Part shown: positions 9,484-18,933 of the stretch, piece after piece
How positions within the stretch are numbered: position 1 is the stretch's first letter
Layout of the letters: every line of letters starts with the position of its first letter
Assembly: GCA_038126035.1 (NCBI GenBank)
Contig: JAYPEY010000014.1
Coordinates: 13,486-55,101 of the forward strand
DNA from: Verrucomicrobiales bacterium
GTDB taxonomy: Bacteria; Verrucomicrobiota; Verrucomicrobiia; Limisphaerales; JAYPEY01
Length of the DNA: 41,616 nucleotides
Direction: 5' to 3'
The notes under the pieces: generated by a model
What the model was told of the DNA's origin: nothing
Databases searched by the model: none
Seen by the model: only the letters and a program-made list of their open reading frames with translations
Position numbers and translations under genes: made by a program

Positions 9484-9864
9484 ATGACTACCGCACGTTC
9501 ACTTGGGCTTGGACTTTCAGTCGGATTGTTCGCTGCTATCCTTGCGATTGTTGGCGAGTTACTCGGCTGGTTCAATTGCATCAGCGCATGGTTTGTCGAG
9601 ACAGTGGTCTTGAGCGTTGTGTCGCGTCGTTCCCGCGCTGTTACGATCGGGAGCAGTGCGCTTGTTGCCTACATTGCCATCATCTCGCATGTCATCATTC
9701 AGGGTCAGATCAGCGGTCGTTGGTTTTCAGACGATTGGATGCCAGTGTTTGCGTCTTTCTTCTTTTTTGTGGCGCTTCCTTTCTTGTTTGCCGGGGCTCT
9801 TGATATGTTTTCTTTGCGACATGCTCGAGCTAATGCCGACCGAATGAAGCATGCCTTTGATTGA
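9484..9864 (+). CDS. Small multi-pass membrane hypothetical protein with atypically low GC
   Basis: 126 aa with about four hydrophobic segments; T-rich sequence unlike its neighbours. Confidence 0.6.
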   Translation: MTTARSLGLGLSVGLFAAILAIVGELLGWFNCISAWFVETVVLSVVSRRSRAVTIGSSALVAYIAIISHVIIQGQISGRWFSDDWMPVFASFFFFVALPFLFAGALDMFSLRHARANADRMKHAFD

Positions 9865-9941
9865 TCGGGGAGAAGGGGGCGACCCCATCAAATCCATACC
9901 TGCATGAATCCGCCTTCGCCGTCGTTGCAGCGCGACAAGCC

Positions 9942-9967
9942 GGCCCGTCAACCGCGACGGGCCTTTT
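9942..9967 (+). terminator. Putative intrinsic terminator
   Basis: GGCCCGTC-aaccgc-GACGGGCC followed by TTTT. Confidence 0.5.
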
Positions 9968-10170
9968 CCAAGCCCCTTGCGTTTTGCGTCCCCGCCGGAT
10001 TGCGCCGTCAGCCTGGCCTTCGGACAATTCCCCCTGCCGACGGGCGTGACATCGCGCCAGGTCCCCTCCGCCGGAGGGGATATTCACCGCGAACGCCAAG
10101 CGTTGAGCGGCGAATCGGGGTGGGTCCGCCCGGACTTGCAACGCGCGCCCAGCCTTCCCCTTGCCTATGC

Positions 10171-10258
10171 CGCCGCTACGCGGCTCGAAGTTTCCTCCCT
10201 CCCAAACCGTGCCCTCGTTCCTCGGACACGGCTGTTCATGTGACGCCGCTCCGCGGCT
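10171..10258. repeat. REP-like element: CGCCGCT(A/C)CGCGGCT direct repeats flanking an inner hairpin
   Basis: 10171-10185 CGCCGCTACGCGGCT and 10244-10258 CGCCGCTCCGCGGCT; inner CCGTGCCC...GGACACGG imperfect inverted repeat. Confidence 0.55.
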
Positions 10259-10323
10259 GACCTGCGCCCCCATGCATTTTCCCTGTCACCTTTTCGTCGC
10301 ATCCGGCCACCTGATGAGCAACG

Positions 10324-11847
10324 ATGAATGCCACCGAGAACGCCATCATGCCGGAAACCAGCGACAACCAACTGCTGGAGCTTTGCCTCGCCGGGGACCG
10401 CGACGCCTACGGCCAGCTGGTCGAACGCTACCAGGGGCTGGTCTGCTCACTGACCTACAGCGGCTGCGGCAACCTGGCCCAGAGCCAGGACCTGGCGCAG
10501 GAGACCTTCATCACCGCGTGGAACAAACTCCGCGACCTGCGGGAGCGCGACAAGTTCAAGTCCTGGCTCTGCGGCATCGCCCGCAACCTGATCGCCAACG
10601 CGAGAAGACGCCAAAGCCGCGCCGCCACCGAAGGGGCCATTCCGATGGCGGACGTTCCGGAGCGCGCCGACACATTCCCTTCGCCCAGCGACCGGGCCAT
10701 CTCCGATGACGAGGCGGAATTGGTCTGGCAGTCGCTCGAGGAGATCCCGGAAAACTACCGGGAGCCGCTGGTCCTGTTCTACCGCGAGGAGCAGTCGATC
10801 GAACGCGTCGCTGAGGCCTTGGATCTTTCGCAGGACGCGGTCAAGCAGCGCCTGTCCCGCGGGCGCAGGCTGTTGAAGGAGCGCGTGGCGTCGCTGGTGG
10901 AAAGCGCCTTGAGCGGCAGCCGCCCCGGCAAGGCATTCACCATCGCCGTGCTGGCGGCCCTGCCGAATCTGGTCCCGCAGGCCGCCATCGCCGGGGTCGC
11001 GGCCACAGCGGCCAAAGGCGCCCCTGCGGCCAAGGCCGCCGCCGCTTCCGCAGGCTTGGGCGGCGCAGTCTTGGGCCCGGTCATCGGTCTGGCGGGGGCC
11101 TCGTTCGGCGTGCGCGCCGGCATCAACGCGACCAAATCCCCGCGCGAACGGCGCTTCATGATCCGGGTCGCGTGGCTGGCCATGGGCCTGGCCGTCGCCT
11201 TCATCCTCGCCCTGCTCGCCGTGACGCTGTTCGGCCGAGACCTCGCCCGCGCCAACGCCGCGCTCTATGCCGGGTTGCTCATCGGCATCATCTTCAGCTA
11301 CGTGATCGGGCTGACATCCATGATCGCCTGGGTCAACCGACGACAGATCCGGATCCAGAAGGAGGAAGGGACCTACATCGAGCCCAGGGCCGTCATCGGC
11401 AACCAGCCGGGCGAACTGACCCGGGGAGGCGTCTACGGCAGCTTCGGAGGCGGCATTGCCGGCGCTTCAGCCTGGCTGTATGTCCTGGCGTTTCGGGTCG
11501 GGGATTGGACGGGACTTGCCTTGACCGCCGCCTTCACCGGGCTGGCATTTTGGCTCAGCGTTCGAACCTGTCTCAAGAAGCCTGACAGGTATTTCGCGGT
11601 CCTCATGACGACCTTCGGCTCCATTGCCGCGTTCACCCTGGTCCTGCTCAACTGGAGATGGCATCTGTGGATGGGCCACCAGATTCCCCACGAAACCGCG
11701 AATCACTACACGCGCTGGGGCATGAGTCTCCTCCTGCTGGTCATCTATGGCTCCGTCCTGATCGGCTCGGCGTTGAATCCCAATCTGCGCCGCCGCGGGC
11801 AACAAAACGACGGGCAGCGCCCCTCCCGGGACGAGGCGGGTCACTGA
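10324..11847 (+). CDS. ECF sigma-70 factor with a C-terminal multi-transmembrane extension
   Basis: Region 2 (AYGQLVERYQ...QDLAQETFITAW...FKSWLCGIARN) and region 4 (IPENYREPLVLFY...VKQRLSRGR), then an Ala-rich linker and about 6-7 hydrophobic helices. Confidence 0.88.
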   Translation: MNATENAIMPETSDNQLLELCLAGDRDAYGQLVERYQGLVCSLTYSGCGNLAQSQDLAQETFITAWNKLRDLRERDKFKSWLCGIARNLIANARRRQSRAATEGAIPMADVPERADTFPSPSDRAISDDEAELVWQSLEEIPENYREPLVLFYREEQSIERVAEALDLSQDAVKQRLSRGRRLLKERVASLVESALSGSRPGKAFTIAVLAALPNLVPQAAIAGVAATAAKGAPAAKAAAASAGLGGAVLGPVIGLAGASFGVRAGINATKSPRERRFMIRVAWLAMGLAVAFILALLAVTLFGRDLARANAALYAGLLIGIIFSYVIGLTSMIAWVNRRQIRIQKEEGTYIEPRAVIGNQPGELTRGGVYGSFGGGIAGASAWLYVLAFRVGDWTGLALTAAFTGLAFWLSVRTCLKKPDRYFAVLMTTFGSIAAFTLVLLNWRWHLWMGHQIPHETANHYTRWGMSLLLLVIYGSVLIGSALNPNLRRRGQQNDGQRPSRDEAGH

Positions 11848-12050
11848 AACGGCGCCGCGTGCGTCTGGCTCCTTCTCCGGTTGGTGCCCTTGTAGCCGGG
11901 ATCCGCATAGACCTTCTCGTATTTTGAGGCCCGCTCGGTCCTCGTCGATTCGCCCTTGTCGCGGGTTGCGCAACCCGACAAAAGGACCAGGCAGCCGCCA
12001 AACACCAAGACCGCAATCAAAGAGTTCACGGTAGATTCACTTCGTCGCAT
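11841..12050 (-). CDS. Small putative lipoprotein
   Basis: MRRSESTVNSLIAVLVFGGCLVLLSG-C lipobox followed by a short basic tail. Confidence 0.5.
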   Translation of the reverse strand: MRRSESTVNSLIAVLVFGGCLVLLSGCATRDKGESTRTERASKYEKVYADPGYKGTNRRRSQTHAAPFQ

Positions 12051-12136
12051 GGGACTGGCATACATCGGCCCCGCCGGTCAGCACAACCCCAATCGCGCCA
12101 GGGCCATTCCGCCGTCAATTTTCTTCCAACAACTCG

Positions 12137-12164
12137 TTGACAAGCCGCCCGCATCCGCTACGAT
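12137..12164 (+). promoter_or_regulatory. Sigma-70 promoter of rpsT
   Basis: TTGACA-16 nt-TACGAT, ending 28 nt upstream of the rpsT ATG. Confidence 0.6.
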
Positions 12165-12192
12165 CACCCGCTCTCATAATCCGAATTTACCT

Positions 12193-12459
12193 ATGGCTAA
12201 CACGAAATCGGCTCAAAAACGCATGCGCAGCTCCGTCAAGAAGACAGAGCGCAACCGCTCTGAAAAGACGCGCGTCCGCACCGCCCTGAAATCCGTCAAG
12301 ACCCTTGCCTCCGAAGGCAAGAAGGACGAGGCGGCCGCGGCCCTGAAAAACGCGGCTTCCGTCCTGGACAAGGCCGCCAAGCACGGCGTCATCCACAAGA
12401 ACACCGCCTCGCGCCAGAAGTCCAAACTGGCCCATGCAGTCAATTCCGCGGCTGCCTGA
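12193..12459 (+). CDS. rpsT: 30S ribosomal protein S20
   Basis: MANTKSAQKRMR...RNRSEKTRVRT...LDKAAKHGVIHKNTASRQKSKL; 88 aa. Confidence 0.97.
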   Translation: MANTKSAQKRMRSSVKKTERNRSEKTRVRTALKSVKTLASEGKKDEAAAALKNAASVLDKAAKHGVIHKNTASRQKSKLAHAVNSAAA

Positions 12460-12477
12460 GCGCGCCCCGCGACTTTC

Positions 12478-12509
12478 AAGGCGTCCCGCTTTCACGGGAC
12501 GCCTTTTTT
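12478..12509 (+). terminator. Intrinsic terminator of rpsT
   Basis: AAGGCGTCCC-gctttcac-GGGACGCCTT followed by TTTT. Confidence 0.85.
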
Positions 12510-12553
12510 GTGCCCGCATTGCCTCCGGTCCGCATCCCGCATCCCGCATCTCC

Positions 12554-15500
12554 ATGGCCGATCTCGAACTGACCGAGAAACTGCTGCTCAAGCTCGGCGG
12601 TTGGGAGGCCATGAAGCGCGCCCGCAGTTACTGGCGCGAGGGCAGGGTCCTCAGCTCCGACTGGAAGCCGCCGTTGCTCAAGGGCGTTCTCCAGGCCGGT
12701 TCGACATCCTATCAATCCGGCCTCGTCATCAGGAACAGCATCGATGCCGAGAACCTCTGCCGCTGCAAGGAATCACGCAACTGGGGAACCATCTGCGCCC
12801 ATTCGCTCGCCATCGGCATCCACGCGATCAAGGGCGATTTCAAACTGGAATCAAAGGCCCTTGACTCCGGCAGCGCTGCCCGCCCCGAAGAACTCGAATC
12901 CGCGTCGCCCCAACGCAATCCGGAGAAATGCCTCGACCGCGCCGACGCCGCGGCAACCGGAGCCGAACCGCTGCAGATCTTCGTCATTCTGCCGCCCAAC
13001 TTCGAACGCGCCGTCGCGGCCGACAAGGTCATGGTCTATTTCGAAGGCGGTTGGGATCGGGGGCGACAACCGCTCAACACCCTGCCGATGGACGCGGCCT
13101 TCCTCATGGACGAAGGCGATCTGCGCCTCCTCGACGCCATTGAGGAACTGGCCGAGGGCGAAACGCCCGGCATGCTCATGCTTCGGACATCACAGTTCGC
13201 CGACCTGCTCTCCGGCCTGCGCGACCACCCGCGCATCGCCATGGGCAAGGACCGCGACCTGCGCGTGATCGACGCGCCATTCAAGACGCCGCTGGCAGCC
13301 AGCCTCAAGCCCAACGGCGTCATCACGCTCGAGGCCGGACGAAATGACGCCAACGCCATCCCCCTGCCCGGCGAACGCATGTGGCTGTTTGACGGCGATG
13401 AGTTTCGTCCGTTGGACGTCCCCAGAACCTGCGCCGACGCCATGAACGGGCCGGTCGTCATTCCCCGCGCCGATGTGCCCCGCTTCCTCAACGCCGACTG
13501 GCCGGAACTGGCCGCCAAGTGCGAACTGACCTGCGACTTCAATCCCGGTGATTTCTCCATCGACACCCTCGCCCCGCAATTCCTGCTCAGCCTGCGCGGC
13601 ACGCTCCACAAACTCGAGGCCCTGCTCCAATGCCGCTACAACCAGCGCGTTTTCACACTCGGGGGCAGTGAACCAATGGAGGAGATCTGGCTGCCCGATC
13701 CCGACCATCCCAGGAACTACACCGCCCGCGATCCCGGAGCCGAGCATGCTGCGCTCCAAAGCCTCAGGTCCGCGGGCTTTCAGGGCCCCAACCGCAAGGG
13801 CCGCCTCGAACTCATCGGCGAACCCGCCATTCTCTCCTTCTTCGGACGGCTCTATCCCCGGCTGGAGAAGGAATGGAAATGCGAACTCGAGGGGACGCTG
13901 GAACCCGCGGTGGACCGCATCGACCGGATTGAACCCGAATTCCAGATCGTGCCCTCCGGCGAGAACTGGTTCGACCTGAAGATCGATTTCCAGTCCGGCT
14001 CCGGCCAGCGCTTCTCCCCGGCCGACATCCAGCGACTGCTCCTTTCCGGCGGCGGGCACACCAAACTGCCAAACGGCCGCAACGCCGTCCTCGACACAGG
14101 CGCCGTCGAGGAACTCAATCAGGTCCTGCTCGATTGCGAACCCGACCAGATCGACGGCGGCTACCGCATCGACGAACGCCAGGCAGGCTACCTGGCGGGG
14201 ACGCTTTTCCGCATGGGCTTCGAGAACATCGCCGCCCCGCAGGAATGGCGCCGCCGGGCATTCGAACAGACCGGCGAGGCCGACCTCGCCCCGCCGCCCC
14301 TCGGCGACCTTGCAGAGGTCCTTCGACCCTACCAGAAGCACGGCGTCGGCTGGCTCCACTTTCTCCGGACGAACGGCTTCGGCGGCATCCTCGCCGACGA
14401 AATGGGCCTCGGGAAAACGCTGCAGACCCTGGCCCTGCTGCGCGCCGCCGCGCTGGAAACAAAGAACGAGAAACGCCGCCCCTCGCTGATCGTCTGCCCC
14501 ACCAGCCTCGTGGCCAACTGGATCTCCGAAGCCGCCAGGTTTACCCCCGGGTTGAAGTCGCTCAAACTCCACGGCCCCCATCGCCACGCCGACTTCGCCC
14601 GGATCCCGGAATCCGACCTCGTCGTCACCAGCTACGCCCTGGCCCGACGCGACCTCGAACAATACCGGAAACACGAGTTTGATACGGTCGTGCTGGACGA
14701 AGCCCAGCACATCAAGAACCGGCAGACCCAGAACGCCAGGGCCGTCAAGGCCGTCCGCGCCCGGAACCGGCTCGTGCTCACCGGCACGCCGATGGAGAAC
14801 TCCGTGCTCGACCTCTGGTCCATCTTCGACTTCCTCCTGCCCGGCTATCTGGGCTCGGCCAGGGATTTCAAGGACCGCTACGAGATCCCCATCACGCGCG
14901 ACAAGGATGCCAGGACCCGGGACCGCCTCGCGCGCCGACTGCGCCCCTTCGTCCTGCGTCGCCTGAAGACAGAGGTCGCCAAGGATCTGCCGGACAAGAT
15001 CGAGCAGGTCTCCTACTGCGATCTCACGCCGCAGCAGGCCGCTGTCTACGAGCAGATCCTGACCTCCAGCCGACAGGCGATCCTCCAGGCCGATGAGAAG
15101 CAGGGCTCCGCCAAGGGCCGCATGGTCGCCCTGCAGGCCCTGCTTCGCCTCCGTCAGATCTGCTGCGACCTGCGTCTGCTCGACCTCCCCGAAACCAACG
15201 ACGCCGAGGCCTCCGCCAAGCTCGACCTGTTTGCTGAACTGCTGGAAGAGGCCGTCGATGGCGGCCACCGCATCCTGGTTTTCAGCCAGTTCGTCAGCAT
15301 GCTCAACCTCCTGCGCGAACGCCTCGACGCCGAGGAAATCCCCTTCTGCCAACTCGACGGATCCACCCGCGACCGAAAGGCCGTCGTGGACCGGTTCCAG
15401 CAGGACGCGTCCATCCCCGTCTTCCTGATCAGTCTCAAGGCCGGGGGCACGGGGCTCAATCTGACCGGGGCTGACACGGTCGTGCACTTCGATCCCTGGT

Positions 15501-15718
15501 GGAATCCCGCGGTCGAGGACCAGGCGACCGACCGCGCCCACCGAATCGGTCAGAAACGCGTGGTCACCAGCTACAAACTCATCGCCCGCAACACCGTCGA
15601 GGAGAAGATCCTGAGCCTCCAGAGCCGCAAACGCGACATCGCCAAGGGCATGCTGGGCGATGAAACAGCGTTCGCCGAAAGCCTCAGCTGGGAGGAGATC
15701 AAGGGCCTTTTCGACTGA
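12554..15718 (+). CDS. SWIM-zinc-finger SNF2-family helicase/ATPase
   Basis: CRC...ICAH SWIM motif; LRPYQ..G..WL, GILADEMGLGKT, LDEAQHIKN, LTGTPMEN, SLKAGGTGLNL, DPWWNPAVEDQATDRAHRIGQ; start moved to the MADLEL ATG downstream of the terminator. Confidence 0.93.
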   Translation: MADLELTEKLLLKLGGWEAMKRARSYWREGRVLSSDWKPPLLKGVLQAGSTSYQSGLVIRNSIDAENLCRCKESRNWGTICAHSLAIGIHAIKGDFKLESKALDSGSAARPEELESASPQRNPEKCLDRADAAATGAEPLQIFVILPPNFERAVAADKVMVYFEGGWDRGRQPLNTLPMDAAFLMDEGDLRLLDAIEELAEGETPGMLMLRTSQFADLLSGLRDHPRIAMGKDRDLRVIDAPFKTPLAASLKPNGVITLEAGRNDANAIPLPGERMWLFDGDEFRPLDVPRTCADAMNGPVVIPRADVPRFLNADWPELAAKCELTCDFNPGDFSIDTLAPQFLLSLRGTLHKLEALLQCRYNQRVFTLGGSEPMEEIWLPDPDHPRNYTARDPGAEHAALQSLRSAGFQGPNRKGRLELIGEPAILSFFGRLYPRLEKEWKCELEGTLEPAVDRIDRIEPEFQIVPSGENWFDLKIDFQSGSGQRFSPADIQRLLLSGGGHTKLPNGRNAVLDTGAVEELNQVLLDCEPDQIDGGYRIDERQAGYLAGTLFRMGFENIAAPQEWRRRAFEQTGEADLAPPPLGDLAEVLRPYQKHGVGWLHFLRTNGFGGILADEMGLGKTLQTLALLRAAALETKNEKRRPSLIVCPTSLVANWISEAARFTPGLKSLKLHGPHRHADFARIPESDLVVTSYALARRDLEQYRKHEFDTVVLDEAQHIKNRQTQNARAVKAVRARNRLVLTGTPMENSVLDLWSIFDFLLPGYLGSARDFKDRYEIPITRDKDARTRDRLARRLRPFVLRRLKTEVAKDLPDKIEQVSYCDLTPQQAAVYEQILTSSRQAILQADEKQGSAKGRMVALQALLRLRQICCDLRLLDLPETNDAEASAKLDLFAELLEEAVDGGHRILVFSQFVSMLNLLRERLDAEEIPFCQLDGSTRDRKAVVDRFQQDASIPVFLISLKAGGTGLNLTGADTVVHFDPWWNPAVEDQATDRAHRIGQKRVVTSYKLIARNTVEEKILSLQSRKRDIAKGMLGDETAFAESLSWEEIKGLFD

Positions 15719-15776
15719 CGCGCGACTGCGCGCTTGCCACGCCCTCCGTTTTTCCCATAGTCCCCGCCTTACCAAG

Positions 15777-16037
15777 ATGTCGACCAAACTCTACGTGGGC
15801 AACCTGCCCTTCAAGACCCGCAACGACGATCTGCGCGACCATTTTGCGCAGGCCGGCGAGATCGCCGATGTGCACGTCCTCCGCAACCGTCGCAACGACC
15901 GCTCCCACGGCATGGCCTTCGTGGACATGACCGACGCCGAGGCCGCCCAAAAGGCGATCGAACTGTTCAACGAGCAGGAATACGAGGGGCGCAAACTCAG
16001 CGTCTGCCTCGCCCGGCCCGAGATGAAGACCGCCTGA
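15777..16037 (+). CDS. RRM-domain RNA-binding protein
   Basis: MSTKLYVGNLPF (RNP2), SHGMAFVDM (RNP1-like), GRKLSVCLARP. Confidence 0.9.
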   Translation: MSTKLYVGNLPFKTRNDDLRDHFAQAGEIADVHVLRNRRNDRSHGMAFVDMTDAEAAQKAIELFNEQEYEGRKLSVCLARPEMKTA

Positions 16038-16047
16038 CGCGCGCCGC

Positions 16048-16650
16048 TCAGAGCTCCGCCTTGATGGCGGCCAGCAGATCCGCGTATTCCTCAAAGGCCT
16101 TGAACTGGGGAAACTGTTCCTGGATCGACTTCGGCGAATGGAACAGGAAACCCACGTCCGCCTCCTTCAGCATCGTCGTGTCGTTGAAGGAATCGCCAAA
16201 CGAAATGACCTTGTATTCCAGGGTCTTCAGAGCCATCACCGATCTCCGCTTCTGGTCCGGCTGGCGAAGGTGGTAGTTCACGATCCGATCATCGACCACC
16301 TCCAGGCTGTTGCAGAACAGGGTCGGCCAGTCGAGTTGCCGCATGAGCGGCGAGGCAAACTGCAGAAAGGTGTCCGACAGGATGATGCACTGGGTGATGG
16401 AACGGAGCTCATCGAGAAACGCCTTTGCCCCATCCAGCGGCGCCAGCGTCCCAATCACCTCCTGAATGTCCGAGAGCTTCAGTCCCCGTTCATCCAGGAT
16501 CTTCAGACGCCCGCGCATCAGTTCATCGTAATCCGGAATGTCCCGGGTCGTGAGGCGCAGTTCCTCAATGCCGGTCTTCTCGGCAAACGCAATCCAGATC
16601 TCAGGGATCAGGACCCCTTCCAGATCCAAGGTGACAATCGATTGTTTCAC
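16048..16650 (-). CDS. thrH: Bifunctional phosphoserine phosphatase / homoserine phosphotransferase (HAD family)
   Basis: LDLEGVLIPEIWI, TTRDIPDYDELM, ILSDTF, GDSFNDTTML; GTG start at 16650. Confidence 0.93.
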   Translation of the reverse strand: MKQSIVTLDLEGVLIPEIWIAFAEKTGIEELRLTTRDIPDYDELMRGRLKILDERGLKLSDIQEVIGTLAPLDGAKAFLDELRSITQCIILSDTFLQFASPLMRQLDWPTLFCNSLEVVDDRIVNYHLRQPDQKRRSVMALKTLEYKVISFGDSFNDTTMLKEADVGFLFHSPKSIQEQFPQFKAFEEYADLLAAIKAEL

Positions 16651-16766
16651 GCGCGCGAGTCTGCGGATTGAAGCGGCGGATGTCGAGCCGGGGGCTGCCA
16701 GGGTTTCACCCTCGCAGGCAGGTCGCAAACGGATGCTCTGCAGAATTCATCCGCGCCCCCCTCACG

Positions 16767-16798
16767 AAAAAAGGCGCGGGATCGCTCCCGCGCCTTTT
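16767..16798 (-). terminator. Intrinsic terminator after the PII gene (possibly bidirectional)
   Basis: AAAAAAGGCGCGGGA-tcgc-TCCCGCGCCTTTT. Confidence 0.85.
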
Positions 16799-16837
16799 GA
16801 TTGTTGATGATTCGTCCGGCGATCGTGCGCCGGCGCT

Positions 16838-17194
<357 letters not shown>

Positions 17195-17222
17195 TTATGG
17201 TCTCAAGTTCAATTCCCGGTGC

Positions 17223-18620
17223 TCAGGAGTTGTAGGCCTGCTCGCCGTGGTCGGCGACGTCCAATCCCTCACGCTCGTCATTCTCATCCACCCGCAGCCC
17301 GATGGTCTTCTCAATGCCGATGGCCAGCGCCACCGAAATGATCAGGGTGTATCCCGCGACGCCGAAGGCCGCCAGGATCTGGATGCCCAGCTGCGCGCCC
17401 ATCGAGTAGGAGGCGTCCTTCATCCCACCGAATTGCTCCGCGGCAAAGATGGCCACCAGGATCGTGCCGACAAAGCCGCCCACGCCGTGGACGCCGAAGA
17501 CATCAAGCGAGTCGTCGTAGCGGAACTTGTTCTTCAGCACGACCGAGAAATACCAGCAGACGATGCCCGACACCGTGCCGATGCAGAGCGCTCCAACCGG
17601 CCCAACCTCGCCGGACGCCGGGGTGATCGCGGCGAGACCGGCAATCGCTCCCGTGACGCCGCCCAGGACGCTGGGCTTGCCGTTCTTGAACCACTCGATC
17701 GAGGTCCACACGATGGCCGCGGTCGCCGCGGAAACCTGGGTCACCAGCATCGCCATGACGCCGTCCGGACTCGCGCCCAGATCGCTGCCGCCATTGAAGC
17801 CGAACCATCCGACCCAGAGCATGCCCGTGCCCATGACGCACATCGGCAGGTTGTGGGGAGCCATCTTCTCCTTCAGGTGGCCGCTGCGCGGGCCCACCTT
17901 GATGCAGAGCACCAGGGCCGCGACGCCGGCCGTGATGTGGACGACGATGCCGCCGGCCAGATCGATCACGCCCATCTTGTAAAGCCATCCCCCTTCCTGC
18001 CAGACCATGTGGCAGACCGGCACGTAGACCAGCAGCGCCCAGATCAGCGAAAACGCGACCACCGCCGAGAATTTCATCCGCTCGCAGAACGCGCCGACAA
18101 TCAGCGCCGGGGTGATGATGACAAAGGTCATCTGAAACATGAACAGCAGGGATTCCGGAATGCCGTCGCCCGCCTCCGGATCCAGCCCCTTGAGGAAGAA
18201 CCGGTCGAATCCGCCAATGAAGGGACAGCCCTCGGTCAACGCCAGGGAATAGCCGCAGACCAGCCAGAAGATGGTCATCACGCAGGTGATGAAGAAACAG
18301 TGCATCAGGACGGAAAGCACGTTCTTGCTGCGCACCAGACCGCCATAGAAAAGCGAAAGCCCGGGAATCGTCATGAACAACACCAGGGCTGTCGCCGCCA
18401 TGATCCAGGCGGTGTCCGCCTTGTCGATGCTGCCCGAACCGCCCTCGTCCGACACTTCCCCCGCGGTGATGTCGCCGCCTTCCTCCTCCATCTCTTCCGC
18501 CGCAACTGCGGCTTCCTCGGCCGCAGAAGCGGCGTCCTGGGCTTGCAAAACGCCGCCCGTCCACGCGCATAGGGCAAACGCGAGCCATAATCCTGTCATC
18601 AGTTTTCGCATAGGGATCAT
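17223..18620 (-). CDS. amtB: Ammonium transporter
   Basis: ALVLFMTIPGLSLFYGGLVRSKN, FQMTF, DLAGGIVVH, WVGWFGFNGGS, DDSLDVFGVHG; signal peptide plus acidic N-terminal extension. Confidence 0.96.
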   Translation of the reverse strand: MIPMRKLMTGLWLAFALCAWTGGVLQAQDAASAAEEAAVAAEEMEEEGGDITAGEVSDEGGSGSIDKADTAWIMAATALVLFMTIPGLSLFYGGLVRSKNVLSVLMHCFFITCVMTIFWLVCGYSLALTEGCPFIGGFDRFFLKGLDPEAGDGIPESLLFMFQMTFVIITPALIVGAFCERMKFSAVVAFSLIWALLVYVPVCHMVWQEGGWLYKMGVIDLAGGIVVHITAGVAALVLCIKVGPRSGHLKEKMAPHNLPMCVMGTGMLWVGWFGFNGGSDLGASPDGVMAMLVTQVSAATAAIVWTSIEWFKNGKPSVLGGVTGAIAGLAAITPASGEVGPVGALCIGTVSGIVCWYFSVVLKNKFRYDDSLDVFGVHGVGGFVGTILVAIFAAEQFGGMKDASYSMGAQLGIQILAAFGVAGYTLIISVALAIGIEKTIGLRVDENDEREGLDVADHGEQAYNS

Positions 18621-18738
18621 TGTCTTTCTTGGTTGGTTGGTTGGTTCCGTCTGGTTCTGGTGGTGTGCGATGCCGGCGCACGGAAACCCCTCTCATTCTG
18701 TGAGAGGTCGCCGCGACTGTCGGAATGGGGGCTACCCT

Positions 18739-18754
18739 AGCAGATCGGGCGCCC
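18739..18754 (-). promoter_or_regulatory. Degenerate sigma-54 promoter candidate for amtB-glnK
   Basis: Minus strand GGGCGCCCGATCTGCT: GG-N10-GC spacing kept, three mismatches to consensus. Confidence 0.35.
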
Positions 18755-18890
18755 ATTATGCGCGCGATGCATCGTTTCAATGGATTTTACTCATGCTTCA
18801 CCGGGATTATACCGATCTTTTTTTCGGAGTGGTGGGCCGAGGTCCTGTCGGCTGGCTATTTTTGAGCGCTTAACCGCAAACAAGTGTGCC

Positions 18891-18913
18891 TTTTTGATCA
18901 CATCGATCAAAAA
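18891..18913. promoter_or_regulatory. Perfect inverted repeat, candidate transcription-factor/enhancer site upstream of amtB
   Basis: TTTTTGATC-acatc-GATCAAAAA. Confidence 0.45.
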
Positions 18914-18933
18914 CATTCATGCATACAACAAAG

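Noticed and set aside
18689-18707. ANTAR or riboswitch element in the amtB leader
   Set aside because: Only one hairpin, without the canonical hexaloop or a paired second stem; no recognisable riboswitch consensus
18891-18913. FNR box
   Set aside because: TTGAT-N7-ATCAA has the wrong spacing (FNR needs N4)
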